DNA of 39,207 bases, taken from IMG/VR virus record IMGVR_UViG_3300017747_003784, positions 1-39,207 of that record; one strand, written 5' to 3'. Positions 8,808 to 17,301 of the stretch are shown here, piece by piece. Each line of letters starts with the position of its first letter. Position 1 is the first letter of the stretch. Below the pieces are notes generated by a model. That model made no database searches. It was given only the letters and a program-made list of their open reading frames with translations, and was not told the DNA's origin. The stretch comes from a virus (lineage: Duplodnaviria > Caudoviricetes). The position numbers and the translations under genes were made by a program.

Positions 8808-9163
8808 GTTACGGCAACTTCCGACGCGGCGGCAGGGGCAAGCGTCGAACGCCCGGCACGATGAACGGGCTGGAGTCCGCGTTCTCACTTGAACTCACGC
8901 GGAGGGTAAACGCTGGGGAGTTGCTTTGGTGGCGGTTTGAGGGCATCACCCTGAAACTAGCCCCAGACACGAGGCTCACGCCCGACTTTGCCACCCAGAC
9001 ACCCGATGGCGAGATTGTGCTGTATGAGACTAAAGGGTTTATGGAAGATGACGCACACGTTAAACTAAAAGTCGCCTCTGCCTCATTCCCCTTCCGAATC
9101 ATCGTGGTGAAGAAGCGGGCGAAGAAGGACGGGGGCGGGTTTACTGAGGAGGAAGTGAAATGA
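8804..9163 (+). CDS. DUF1064-like PD-(D/E)XK endonuclease (possible resolvase)
   Basis: MN.LE..F...L, FE...LKLA, TPDF, ETKG, VKLKVA...FPF. Confidence 0.8.
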   Translation: MSYGNFRRGGRGKRRTPGTMNGLESAFSLELTRRVNAGELLWWRFEGITLKLAPDTRLTPDFATQTPDGEIVLYETKGFMEDDAHVKLKVASASFPFRIIVVKKRAKKDGGGFTEEEVK

Positions 9164-9381
9164 TTATCCAGTGGATGTTTGTCATCATCGCGGTCAGTTA
9201 CTGTTTTCGCTATATCTACTTTGGCTTTTTAAGCAAGTCCCCAGACGCTGAACACCGATCTGATACGTGTTGGGCGGCATTCGGAGTGGCGATACTTCTG
9301 GTGCTTGTCGTAGACCTTAAGAATCAGGTGAGCGATCTGTCAAAGAAGATCGAGGCTAAGCCTTCCGAGGTGTCCAAGTGA
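9160..9381 (+). CDS. Small two-TM membrane protein
   Basis: GAGGAGG RBS; two hydrophobic segments. Confidence 0.7.
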   Translation: MIIQWMFVIIAVSYCFRYIYFGFLSKSPDAEHRSDTCWAAFGVAILLVLVVDLKNQVSDLSKKIEAKPSEVSK

Positions 9382-9496
9382 CCCAATGGCCCAATCGGTA
9401 TCGAGGCCGCGCCCGAGCCGCCCAGCGAATGCGGCTCATCCGCGCCCTATCCGCCCGCATCATCGCCAACTCACGCACCCGAAAGCGGAGTATCAC

Positions 9497-10429
9497 TTGA
9501 ATCTGCTTATCGCACCCAACGTACCCCGCCGCACCCTCAACTACCTCGAAATCCTCGCCCTCACAAACGGCGGTAAGGCTCTCGGAAGTCTCACCCTTTC
9601 CGAAGCCGTCCGAGCCGTCGAAAACGTCAGTAGGCCCAACCGCGACCACACAGAGAAACTACCATGCACCCCGAAGCAGACAGCACCCCTACCGCCAGCG
9701 GTGCTCAAGGAACCAAAGCCCCCAAAGTCAGAGCCGAAAACAAAGACCACCTCAGCGGGAGGGCGCAGTTTACCACCGAGGCTGAGTCCCGTTTCAATCT
9801 CCGTCTCCACGCTGATCGTACAGCCATTGGTGAAATCATCACCCGACTCGGATTCAGTTGGGACATCTTCGCCCCCGTGTGCGGGATTTATCGCGGCAAG
9901 CGAAGTCATTACCTTTGCCGACGCGAACCCCAGCCCGCCCAACGCAGAGCCGTCTACGCCGAAGCCCGAAAGATCATGTCCGCAGACCGAATCTCCTGCG
10001 CCCTTCGCGTTCCCCGCGCAACCGTCATCACCTCTATCAAGAAGGCCCGACGAGAGGGCGTTTAAGGACGCTCTTGCCGCCGAAGAAGTGGATGAGGCTT
10101 GGTGGCATTGGGCTAGGAACAAGCGGCAAACGTGGATAGCAGACAAGAGAGGCCGCGTGTGGCTGCGTATGCGTGAGAGGGGGTTCAGTTACGCAATCAT
10201 CGCCGCCGTGTCTGGCGGGTTCGATCACACAACGATCATGCACGGGGTTACCAGAATACAGGCGATCATCGCCCTAGAAGTTCTAGGCGTCTCCGCCGAA
10301 CGCGCAAGTCCCGCACCTCGGCCTCAATCTCCCGCATCAGCGACGGAGGAACAAGGCCAAGATGCTCAGCCCGCGTGTACTGATACACGATCTGAGCGTG
10401 CTGCAGAATCGTCTTGTCCAGTTCCTTGA
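9497..10429 (+). CDS. Protein with DnaA domain IV-like HTH (start uncertain; TTG 9497 proposed)
   Basis: RERGFSYAIIAAVSGGFDHTTIMHGVTRI matches the DnaA-IV S..IG..FGGRDHTTV.H motif; GGAG RBS before TTG 9497. Confidence 0.65.
   Translation: MNLLIAPNVPRRTLNYLEILALTNGGKALGSLTLSEAVRAVENVSRPNRDHTEKLPCTPKQTAPLPPAVLKEPKPPKSEPKTKTTSAGGRSLPPRLSPVSISVSTLIVQPLVKSSPDSDSVGTSSPPCAGFIAASEVITFADANPSPPNAEPSTPKPERSCPQTESPAPFAFPAQPSSPLSRRPDERAFKDALAAEEVDEAWWHWARNKRQTWIADKRGRVWLRMRERGFSYAIIAAVSGGFDHTTIMHGVTRIQAIIALEVLGVSAERASPAPRPQSPASATEEQGQDAQPACTDTRSERAAESSCPVP
9664..10065 (+). CDS. Putative HTH protein nested out of frame in the DnaA-IV ORF
   Basis: RRAVYAEARKIMSADRISCALRVPRATVITSIKKAR is HTH-like; the overlapping frame is Pro/Ser-rich over this span. 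Confidence 0.5.
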   Translation: MHPEADSTPTASGAQGTKAPKVRAENKDHLSGRAQFTTEAESRFNLRLHADRTAIGEIITRLGFSWDIFAPVCGIYRGKRSHYLCRREPQPAQRRAVYAEARKIMSADRISCALRVPRATVITSIKKARREGV

Positions 10430-10460
10430 TAGCCTTCGCCCGCAAAGCATCCTTGCTCAT
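10266..10460 (-). CDS. Small helical protein, last gene of the late arm
   Basis: MSKDALRAKAIKELDKTILQHAQ...; starts 8 nt after the SGNH gene stop. Confidence 0.6.
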   Translation of the reverse strand: MSKDALRAKAIKELDKTILQHAQIVYQYTRAEHLGLVPPSLMREIEAEVRDLRVRRRRLELLGR

Positions 10461-10468
10461 GCCGGAGT

Positions 10469-12100
10469 TTAGCACTGGAGCGGGACGATTGACTTGCGGC
10501 CACCGTTGCCCGTAAGCAACGCGCCGGACGCGGTGTACATTGGCATGGCCGTCATTGCAAGCCAAGCGTTACGGGCGCAGACAAGTTGCCCGTTTGTGTC
10601 TTGGTGAATCTTCTCGGTTAGAGACTGACCGCCAAGGAGCATGCGAACCTGTGTCCAACACCCACGGTTGCCCTGATCTTCCGGGTCTTTGCCGGTGTGG
10701 GGAACGATGCACTCGTAGGTCCAGTACCGCCCGCCCGGAGTGATGTTCGATCCCTCCAACTTGTACACGCGGTTCCCGGCAACGTAGGCCGTTCCGACAT
10801 TCCAAGCATCCGGCGTAACCGCAACGCTCTCATTCGTTTCGTTCAGCCCGGCCTCTTCCTGCATGCGCCCGCCATTGACGGCGATGTAGTTTGCACCTGC
10901 GGCAGATGCGGCGTTCATAAAGCAACTCATCACCTGCTTGTAGATAGCGAGCCGTGCCGCCCAGTTCGCAAGCCCGTCGTCTAGTTCGGTGGTGTACCCA
11001 TCCCAAACGAACAAGAGGTCTTTGGAGGACAGAGCGGCCTGATACCACTGGATCAGAGCGAGGCAGTTAGCCTCAATCGTCGCGGCAGACAGGCCCGATC
11101 CGATTGCATCGTTCAGACCGAATCGGAACCAGATGATTGCCTTGGTACTCTTCTCACACACCGCCTGAACCTGAGCCTGCGAGGTGTTGTGAAGGGACGG
11201 GATCGAGGTAAACAAGTACCCGCCCGCAGAAGTCGATGTGAATGAAAGACCATTAGTCGAAATCGGGTCTTTCCAGCGGTGGCCCCACAGGTTGTACAGG
11301 GTGGCTCCCGCGCCGAGGGAGAAGAAGCCGAAACTCGGATAGCCTGATGAGTCGGATTGCTTGTATGGAACAGCGACCTGCACCTTGTCCACCGCGCCGA
11401 CGGCGGGGTTGGGAACGGTTACTGTTCCACCCGAAGCGAACCCACCAACAGTTACGAGGTTTGCCGCGTCGTTGTTGATGTATCCGGGCAGGATGCTGGT
11501 ACGTCGAGCCATGACCGTATAGCCAAGGTTGATGTTCGGTGTACGCTGTCCGGTCCAGTTGGTCGTTCCATCGTTATACGGGTACGACACGCCGTTAGAC
11601 CAGAGTTCAATCGTGGTCGAAGTCGAGCGGTTCATCACCTTCGCATTGCCCGCATTCAGGAGCGGCTGAGTCAAGATGCCCTCAGGACCAAGAGCGAACG
11701 TCGAAGTAGCCGACTGAGAGAACGCCTGATTGGGGAAGTTCGGCAGTGAGTTAGCCTTGCTCACGGCCTTGTCGTACCCGGTGGCGGTTGACCCCTGCGA
11801 GGTGCCGACGATGCTGGTGATCGACCACAAGCGGAGCGAGCCGTCACGGTCCTCGCCAAAGGTTCCGGGCGGGTTTGACCCGACGGGCATCATCTCGGAC
11901 CATTGCGGGATACCGAAGTGCTGTGTAGCGAGATAGTTCAGCATCTCGCAGTACGCGGTTCCCTGCCCGCCAACGGTCGCCCGTGAGTCGCCGACGATGA
12001 TTGCGGTGACGTACTCAGTGGCGGCTGCATTGACGATCTGCCTAGCACGGATGCCAGAAACCACCACGCGAGGCAACAGGGATTGATCTGTGTAAGCCAT
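10469..12100 (-). CDS. SGNH/GDSL hydrolase with inserted CBM5/12-like module (probable virion esterase)
   Basis: Block I IVGDS, block II SAGG, block III FGLND, block V EKIH..NGQ; AWNVGTAYVAGNRV...YEC..PHT...P.....W is CBM5/12-like. Confidence 0.7.
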   Translation of the reverse strand: MAYTDQSLLPRVVVSGIRARQIVNAAATEYVTAIIVGDSRATVGGQGTAYCEMLNYLATQHFGIPQWSEMMPVGSNPPGTFGEDRDGSLRLWSITSIVGTSQGSTATGYDKAVSKANSLPNFPNQAFSQSATSTFALGPEGILTQPLLNAGNAKVMNRSTSTTIELWSNGVSYPYNDGTTNWTGQRTPNINLGYTVMARRTSILPGYINNDAANLVTVGGFASGGTVTVPNPAVGAVDKVQVAVPYKQSDSSGYPSFGFFSLGAGATLYNLWGHRWKDPISTNGLSFTSTSAGGYLFTSIPSLHNTSQAQVQAVCEKSTKAIIWFRFGLNDAIGSGLSAATIEANCLALIQWYQAALSSKDLLFVWDGYTTELDDGLANWAARLAIYKQVMSCFMNAASAAGANYIAVNGGRMQEEAGLNETNESVAVTPDAWNVGTAYVAGNRVYKLEGSNITPGGRYWTYECIVPHTGKDPEDQGNRGCWTQVRMLLGGQSLTEKIHQDTNGQLVCARNAWLAMTAMPMYTASGALLTGNGGRKSIVPLQC

Positions 12101-12112
12101 TGTTTGTGCAGC

Positions 12113-12847
12113 CTATTTGGTGAGAAGAGAGCAGATAGCGGGGAGTGCGGGGAAATCGGCCATAGCGTCACAGACCGGCTCGCGGTATCCGCCCATGAGG
12201 AAGATTCCGCGCGGCTTGAGCGATTGCATGAACCGCACGCGCCGGGTCGCCTCAACCTCCGAGAGCGGCTTGTCGGCGTTGAAGGTTGGGATCGAGGCCG
12301 AGTGCCACTTCATCTCCCAGACCAGATCGACGGGCTTTCCATACGACGCGGCCTTGGCGAAACGGTGCTTGACGCTGGAACACCAAACGTCGAAGGGAAT
12401 CTGATAGAAGTTGTGGGCATCGACCATGAACGCATCTACGTGGCCCACAACCCGTTTGGCGATGAAGTCGGTGGCATTGAACAGTTTGTCGATGTCGCTC
12501 TTGATCGGCTTACCCGCGAAGATGTGCCAGTCGATAGGCAGGACGTAGGCGGTGATCGGGTCGGGCTGAACCTTGTCGCGGCGGCAGACCTTGAGCCAAG
12601 ACACCATCTCGGCAAGGTCAGTCTCCGCGTCCTTCTCGCTCACCCTGCGGATGTCGGTATCCCAACCCTCGCCCGGCTCAGCCTCGAACACAAACGCGCC
12701 CTTGTTGTACTGCTGGGGGATCGTGCCCGCACGGCGCGGCTTGAACATCGAGCAGGGCGTAAACCCCGACAGGCACCCTTGGTTGAGGATGTTCGCGCCG
12801 GGGTTCGGGCGGTCGCGGAGATTGGTTAGGTCAAAGGGGATGGTCAA
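12113..12847 (-). CDS. Putative glycoside hydrolase (TIM barrel, hyaluronidase-like), in endolysin position
   Basis: VFEAE, D...VDAHNFY, GKPV..VW..KWH and RGIFLMGG resemble GH56-like barrel strands; TTGA overlap with the holin-like gene. Confidence 0.4.
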   Translation of the reverse strand: MTIPFDLTNLRDRPNPGANILNQGCLSGFTPCSMFKPRRAGTIPQQYNKGAFVFEAEPGEGWDTDIRRVSEKDAETDLAEMVSWLKVCRRDKVQPDPITAYVLPIDWHIFAGKPIKSDIDKLFNATDFIAKRVVGHVDAFMVDAHNFYQIPFDVWCSSVKHRFAKAASYGKPVDLVWEMKWHSASIPTFNADKPLSEVEATRRVRFMQSLKPRGIFLMGGYREPVCDAMADFPALPAICSLLTK

Positions 12848-13137
12848 GATGCTTCCGCTCCCTGCTGTGCCCGCATCCCCTTCTGCTTGCCCCACCAATA
12901 CACCTCGTCCAAACGCGGCTTCATCTCTTTCAGCGTTTCACCGTGACCGTCCACCCGCTTAAACTCCACCTTCATAATCTCGATTGCCTGCGTGTTCGCG
13001 TTTACCGCCAGCGTCAGAGCGTCAAACTTCTTGACTACCACGCTGAGCAGGAACACAATCGCTCCGCCTACAACGGTCCCGACAATGCCGAGAACCCAAG
13101 TCATCGTCGCTGCGTCAGTGTTCGCAATCGTCATCAC
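12844..13137 (-). CDS. Holin-like single-TM protein with coiled coil
   Basis: TM WVLGIVGTVVGGAIVFLLSVVV followed by a heptad region; MM dual-start-like N-terminus. Confidence 0.55.
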   Translation of the reverse strand: MMTIANTDAATMTWVLGIVGTVVGGAIVFLLSVVVKKFDALTLAVNANTQAIEIMKVEFKRVDGHGETLKEMKPRLDEVYWWGKQKGMRAQQGAEAS

Positions 13138-13796
13138 TTCTGCGCCTCCAAGGTGACAGACGTAAGCAGCGACTTCCGATCCGCTGCTGTGCTGAATGTG
13201 TCGTCGGACCCGCTGATAATCAGGGCCGCGCCCGCGCGGGGGTCACCCTTCGCGGCCAGTTCAAGACCCGACTTTACAAGTTGGCGGTTGCGTAGACCGA
13301 TGATCCACGGGTATCCAACGGCAGCGGCGGCACCCACGGCGGCGGCAAGCGTCACCCAGAAGGCAACCTGAGCGAACACCACCCCATAAGCCACAAGCCA
13401 GTACTGCCCCACGATCAATCCAGCGGCGACTGCAAAGCCCTTCCACGCGGCACCCTTGGGAAGCCACGGAAGCCAGTACGATGCCACCAGAGACGCTACA
13501 GAGGCAAGGATGAGAAGGCGGGAGATAACCCCGATGAACGCACCCGTCTGGTAGATGCCCTGTGCTGGGTCAGGCTTGACGGGCTTTACGGGTGTCGCGT
13601 CGTCGCTCTTGTCGAAGATCGGAACTCGGTTCCCGTCCGCATCATGGTCCCAAGACCTCACCTTGACCTGCTTACCGTCGATGATCCGCCATTCCGACCC
13701 GTCTGCGATGGAAGCGGGACGGGCAGAACATCCGAACGCATCCACCGTGAACAGAGCGACCGAGAGCGAAAAGAGGCACAAGAGAACATACTTCAC
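13134..13796 (-). CDS. Lipoprotein-signal, multi-TM membrane protein (lysis-associated?)
   Basis: GTG start after AGAGGTGG; MKYVLLCLFSLSVALFTVDAFG-C lipobox-like; 3-4 C-terminal TM segments. Confidence 0.6.
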   Translation of the reverse strand: MKYVLLCLFSLSVALFTVDAFGCSARPASIADGSEWRIIDGKQVKVRSWDHDADGNRVPIFDKSDDATPVKPVKPDPAQGIYQTGAFIGVISRLLILASVASLVASYWLPWLPKGAAWKGFAVAAGLIVGQYWLVAYGVVFAQVAFWVTLAAAVGAAAAVGYPWIIGLRNRQLVKSGLELAAKGDPRAGAALIISGSDDTFSTAADRKSLLTSVTLEAQK

Positions 13797-13972
13797 GTTT
13801 CCACCTCTTTGTTTTTGACATAGACGCGATCCCTCGCCTTGTCGAAGTTCATCGGACCCTCTAGCCCCGCCTGCTTCTCGCCGGGGTGTCGATTGGTGTA
13901 GACCCACCGCCCCGTGTGTACGTCTCTGTACACCCACCACTCGACGATCTTTCGGACGATTCTGCCTTGCAT
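13793..13972 (-). CDS. Small hypothetical protein (59 aa; not in ORF track)
   Basis: MQGRIVRKIVEWWVYRDVHTGRW...; TAATG and GTGA overlaps. Confidence 0.65.
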   Translation of the reverse strand: MQGRIVRKIVEWWVYRDVHTGRWVYTNRHPGEKQAGLEGPMNFDKARDRVYVKNKEVET

Positions 13973-14559
13973 TAGATGATGTTCGGCTGGAAGAAGGCGT
14001 TAGCCGAGGTTGCGGTTCCCATGTTGAAGTCGAAGTAAATCTCGCTGCACTCGCCAATCAGCGGGAGGATCAGGGTCGCGGGCGTGTTCGATCCGTTGGA
14101 AACCGTTCCGGTGGTCGATCCGAGGGCTGTACACAGGTCGGTGTAGTTGCCTACAAGGGTCGTAGCGGTGGTGCATGGTGTCCAGACGATGGTATCGACG
14201 ATCTTCGTACCTGTCGGGAACGCGGTCGTAGCCGTGCTTGCCGCAGCCGTCGAGAGCGTGCATTCCGCCAGCCCGATTCCTTGGAGGATGTACGCCTGAT
14301 CCAACGCGCCACCAGCATTGGCAACCGGAACCTTTGCGAGCAACTGAACACTGAATGTAGCGTTATCCGCCCCAACGCCGACAAAGACGATGGCCCCCGT
14401 GGTGGCGTTCATCGTGACCGCCTTACCAACCGGAACAGTCTCGTATGCCTCTGTGTAAACGCCGGGTGTCGAATACAGGAAGTCGGCCTCGTTGCTGTTT
14501 GTTTCCAGCACCTTGGTAGACGGCTTCATCAGCGGGTTAAGGGTCGTATCTTGTGGCAT
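13972..14559 (-). CDS. Beta-rich putative virion protein
   Basis: AAGGA RBS before MPQDTT; Thr/Ala/Gly-rich; late operon position. Confidence 0.7.
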   Translation of the reverse strand: MPQDTTLNPLMKPSTKVLETNSNEADFLYSTPGVYTEAYETVPVGKAVTMNATTGAIVFVGVGADNATFSVQLLAKVPVANAGGALDQAYILQGIGLAECTLSTAAASTATTAFPTGTKIVDTIVWTPCTTATTLVGNYTDLCTALGSTTGTVSNGSNTPATLILPLIGECSEIYFDFNMGTATSANAFFQPNII

Positions 14560-14873
14560 AGTGAGTCCTTGGTTGAGTTGAACATTAGGCGTACACGGTC
14601 CCAAGCGTCTTTCAGGAAAGCAATGCACCCGCAGCCGGGTAGTTTGCTTGCGTCTGTTAGTTTGCCCATCTTTTCCAGCCTGAGCCGAACAGGATACGGA
14701 ACCCCGTACCAGTCGATCCCTAGCCACCGTACCCGCCCGTCGATGTAAGTAGGGTTCTTAACACCGTACTGCCTCATGGCGGCAATACTCAGGCGGTCGT
14801 TGCGGACCATCCGCCCGTCACGGGTCTTTGTGTACCCCTCTCCGCCCACGGGTTTTCCGCTGCATCCACACAT
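14529..14873 (-). CDS. Small CGC-motif protein
   Basis: MCGC at the N-terminus and PGCGC internally; TGATG coupling to the Cys-rich gene. Confidence 0.7.
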   Translation of the reverse strand: MCGCSGKPVGGEGYTKTRDGRMVRNDRLSIAAMRQYGVKNPTYIDGRVRWLGIDWYGVPYPVRLRLEKMGKLTDASKLPGCGCIAFLKDAWDRVRLMFNSTKDSLCHKIRPLTR

Positions 14874-16348
14874 CAGGGAAGCACCATATCAAGGTCACTT
14901 CCCCAACCACCCACCCCGCACGGACCAGAGAACCCGCACGGGAACGCCTGATCGGGGATGGTTTCTACCACAAGGTTGATGTACACACTCACCGAGCCGC
15001 CAGAGCCGTAGTTCACCGTTTCCGTGTGCCGAAAGTCGAACCGCCTGCACGATGTAGGGGGGTTTGTATCGCCCGTGCTGGCGTATGTCGTATTCGGGTC
15101 GCCGTCTAGGAACGCGAGTTGGAACGGTCCCGCCCACGGTGAGATATTCCAAGCGTTACGCCGCGCCGTCGCGGGGTCGTGGTCGATGATGGAACGGGTG
15201 AAGTAGTACGCCCCTTGCTCACCTACGGGGGTGTCGTTCATATCGAACCGTGCCATTTGAGGCAAGCCCGATTGATCGTTCAGGCAGCACTTCCCCTCCA
15301 TCGTGATCGTCGCGGGCGAATCGCTGCGAAAGGTCTGCCCGATCCCCGTCCGTGTGGCGATTGTCGTTACCGTGAGATTGACCTGAATCGACCCACTCAC
15401 GTTTACCACGCTATCGACCGTCGCTGTGATCGTTGTGGTGAGGTAGTCGCCGGGTCCAATCTCCTGCACCTGCACACACGAGAACCCGAACGCTACCCGG
15501 TAGAGAAGCCCGTCCTGTGATCCACAACAAACGTCTACCGGGAACCACCGATCATTGTCAGGCCCGAACGCTGTCCAGTCCCGCCCGGTCAGGCAATCGA
15601 CGGGGTTGCAGTCGCCGCGTTGCGGCGAGAAGCAACAGGACGGAGCGGGTAAGTATCTGGGAGCGGACCCTCCACCCGTCCACACGCGGAGCGGTTCAGG
15701 CTCATTGATGACTTCAATATCACCCGGTAGCGATTCGATCTGAGCGAGTGAATACCCAACGGTCCGGTCGATGCAAAGGAATACCGTGTTTGACAGGTTG
15801 CTGATAACGGTCATTCCACCCGCAGCAGACGCACACACGAACCGCCTGATAGCGTCCCGATCCTGACAGCCCGAACACTCGATAGCCTCGAAATACTCCG
15901 GCCCAATGTTTACATCTGCGCACCCGTCGATGCAGTTCTCTCTCACCTCCAGCACCACGCCGGGGCCACCGAACCGAACCGCGTCGTCGGGAACGATCAG
16001 GAACCCGTTGGCGGTATCACTCTCGTAGTAGAGTTCATCACAGAGCCGATAACACACTCCTCCGATGCGGATGATGACGGGCGGAGTAGGCGTTCCATCC
16101 ACACAAGACAGTTCCGCATTAACGTACTCGGTCAGCGTCTTGGTCGTATCCGTACTTAGCACGGAGCGAACGTCTACGAACACGCACGGCTCTATGGCAA
16201 TCGCACACGGGGTCAAGAATGACTGGCACGGGCACGCCTTCATACGCACCACGGCGGCAGGCGCACAGCACCCCTCACAATCGATAGTGGCACCGCGTCC
16301 GTTAATGGACAACGCCCGCCCGCTCGCGTTCATTAACGCCCGCGCCAT
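14873..16348 (-). CDS. Cysteine-rich putative tail/receptor-binding protein
   Basis: 28 Cys in 491 aa (CEGCC, CPC, CC pairs); directly after the tape measure-like gene. Confidence 0.7.
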   Translation of the reverse strand: MARALMNASGRALSINGRGATIDCEGCCAPAAVVRMKACPCQSFLTPCAIAIEPCVFVDVRSVLSTDTTKTLTEYVNAELSCVDGTPTPPVIIRIGGVCYRLCDELYYESDTANGFLIVPDDAVRFGGPGVVLEVRENCIDGCADVNIGPEYFEAIECSGCQDRDAIRRFVCASAAGGMTVISNLSNTVFLCIDRTVGYSLAQIESLPGDIEVINEPEPLRVWTGGGSAPRYLPAPSCCFSPQRGDCNPVDCLTGRDWTAFGPDNDRWFPVDVCCGSQDGLLYRVAFGFSCVQVQEIGPGDYLTTTITATVDSVVNVSGSIQVNLTVTTIATRTGIGQTFRSDSPATITMEGKCCLNDQSGLPQMARFDMNDTPVGEQGAYYFTRSIIDHDPATARRNAWNISPWAGPFQLAFLDGDPNTTYASTGDTNPPTSCRRFDFRHTETVNYGSGGSVSVYINLVVETIPDQAFPCGFSGPCGVGGWGSDLDMVLP

Positions 16349-17298
16349 TAGAGTCCGCCCATCCGAGCCGCCGCGCCCCTCACGGCAATCTCTAGAGCGT
16401 CGATGGACCCTTGGAGTGAGTTATTGGAGCCTTCGCCGTTGAACCCTGCGGCTTGGCGGGCGTACATGCGTTCTAGTGTCCGGTCCTCTTCGAGAAGGTT
16501 GCGTAACCGCAACTGACCACGCTTCCGCTCAATCTCAATCAACTTCTCGGCGTGGTCGATTTCCTTCTGCCGCAGAGATTCCTCGTATTTCTCTTGTTTC
16601 TGCTGACCGATTATGAACCGCTCTAGCAGTTCCTCTTTATCTTCGGCCTCCTTCGCGGCCTTATCTAGAGCGATCTTCGCGGCCTTATCCGCGTACCGCT
16701 GGCGAATAGCGGCTACAGCCTTCTCCTTCGCTTCCTCAAGTTCGGCAACACGAACAAGAATCGCGTTGTATGTTTCGATGGACTCGCTACCAGCGAGCCG
16801 CAACTGCTCGGTCTGGTCAATCAGAGCCTTGTCTGCAATCTTGATTGCAGCCGCTATCTCCCTTTCCATCGCCGTCGTTGGGTCGGCCATGTCTCCCAGA
16901 GAATCCAAGGCCGCGTTACGTGACTTCTCGCTCTGCTCATAAGCCTTACGGAAAGACTCTCGGGCTTTGTCCGCCGCTTCCTCCGCAGCCTTCCACGCTG
17001 TAACTAGGGCGTATACGGCGGCAAGAGCGACCGTCGCACCAACGCTTGCGAGTGTGCTAAGGCCAGCACTCAGACCGCCGACCTTCTTTGTTACGTTCTC
17101 GGTCGCGTCTGCGGCCTTGTTGCCCTCCGCGACCATGCTAGCAAACAGGGCATCCGCGTCGGTCTTGGCATTGTTTGCAGCCGGTCCAATCTCCGCGACC
17201 TTCGCCTTAGCCTGATCGACCTTGGCGTTTAGGTCGGTAGTGTCCGCCGTGATGCGGACGTTTGCGGAGCCGAGCGTGTTGCCGTCATTGGGTGGCAT
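16348..17298 (-). CDS. Short tape measure protein
   Basis: LGSANVRITADTTDL N-terminus typical of TMPs; Ala-rich hydrophobic segment, then long coiled coil. Confidence 0.65.
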   Translation of the reverse strand: MPPNDGNTLGSANVRITADTTDLNAKVDQAKAKVAEIGPAANNAKTDADALFASMVAEGNKAADATENVTKKVGGLSAGLSTLASVGATVALAAVYALVTAWKAAEEAADKARESFRKAYEQSEKSRNAALDSLGDMADPTTAMEREIAAAIKIADKALIDQTEQLRLAGSESIETYNAILVRVAELEEAKEKAVAAIRQRYADKAAKIALDKAAKEAEDKEELLERFIIGQQKQEKYEESLRQKEIDHAEKLIEIERKRGQLRLRNLLEEDRTLERMYARQAAGFNGEGSNNSLQGSIDALEIAVRGAAARMGGL

Positions 17299-17301
17299 GG
17301 T

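Noticed and set aside
10469-16348. Diversity-generating retroelement targeting tail genes
   Set aside because: No reverse transcriptase, and no template/variable repeat pair seen
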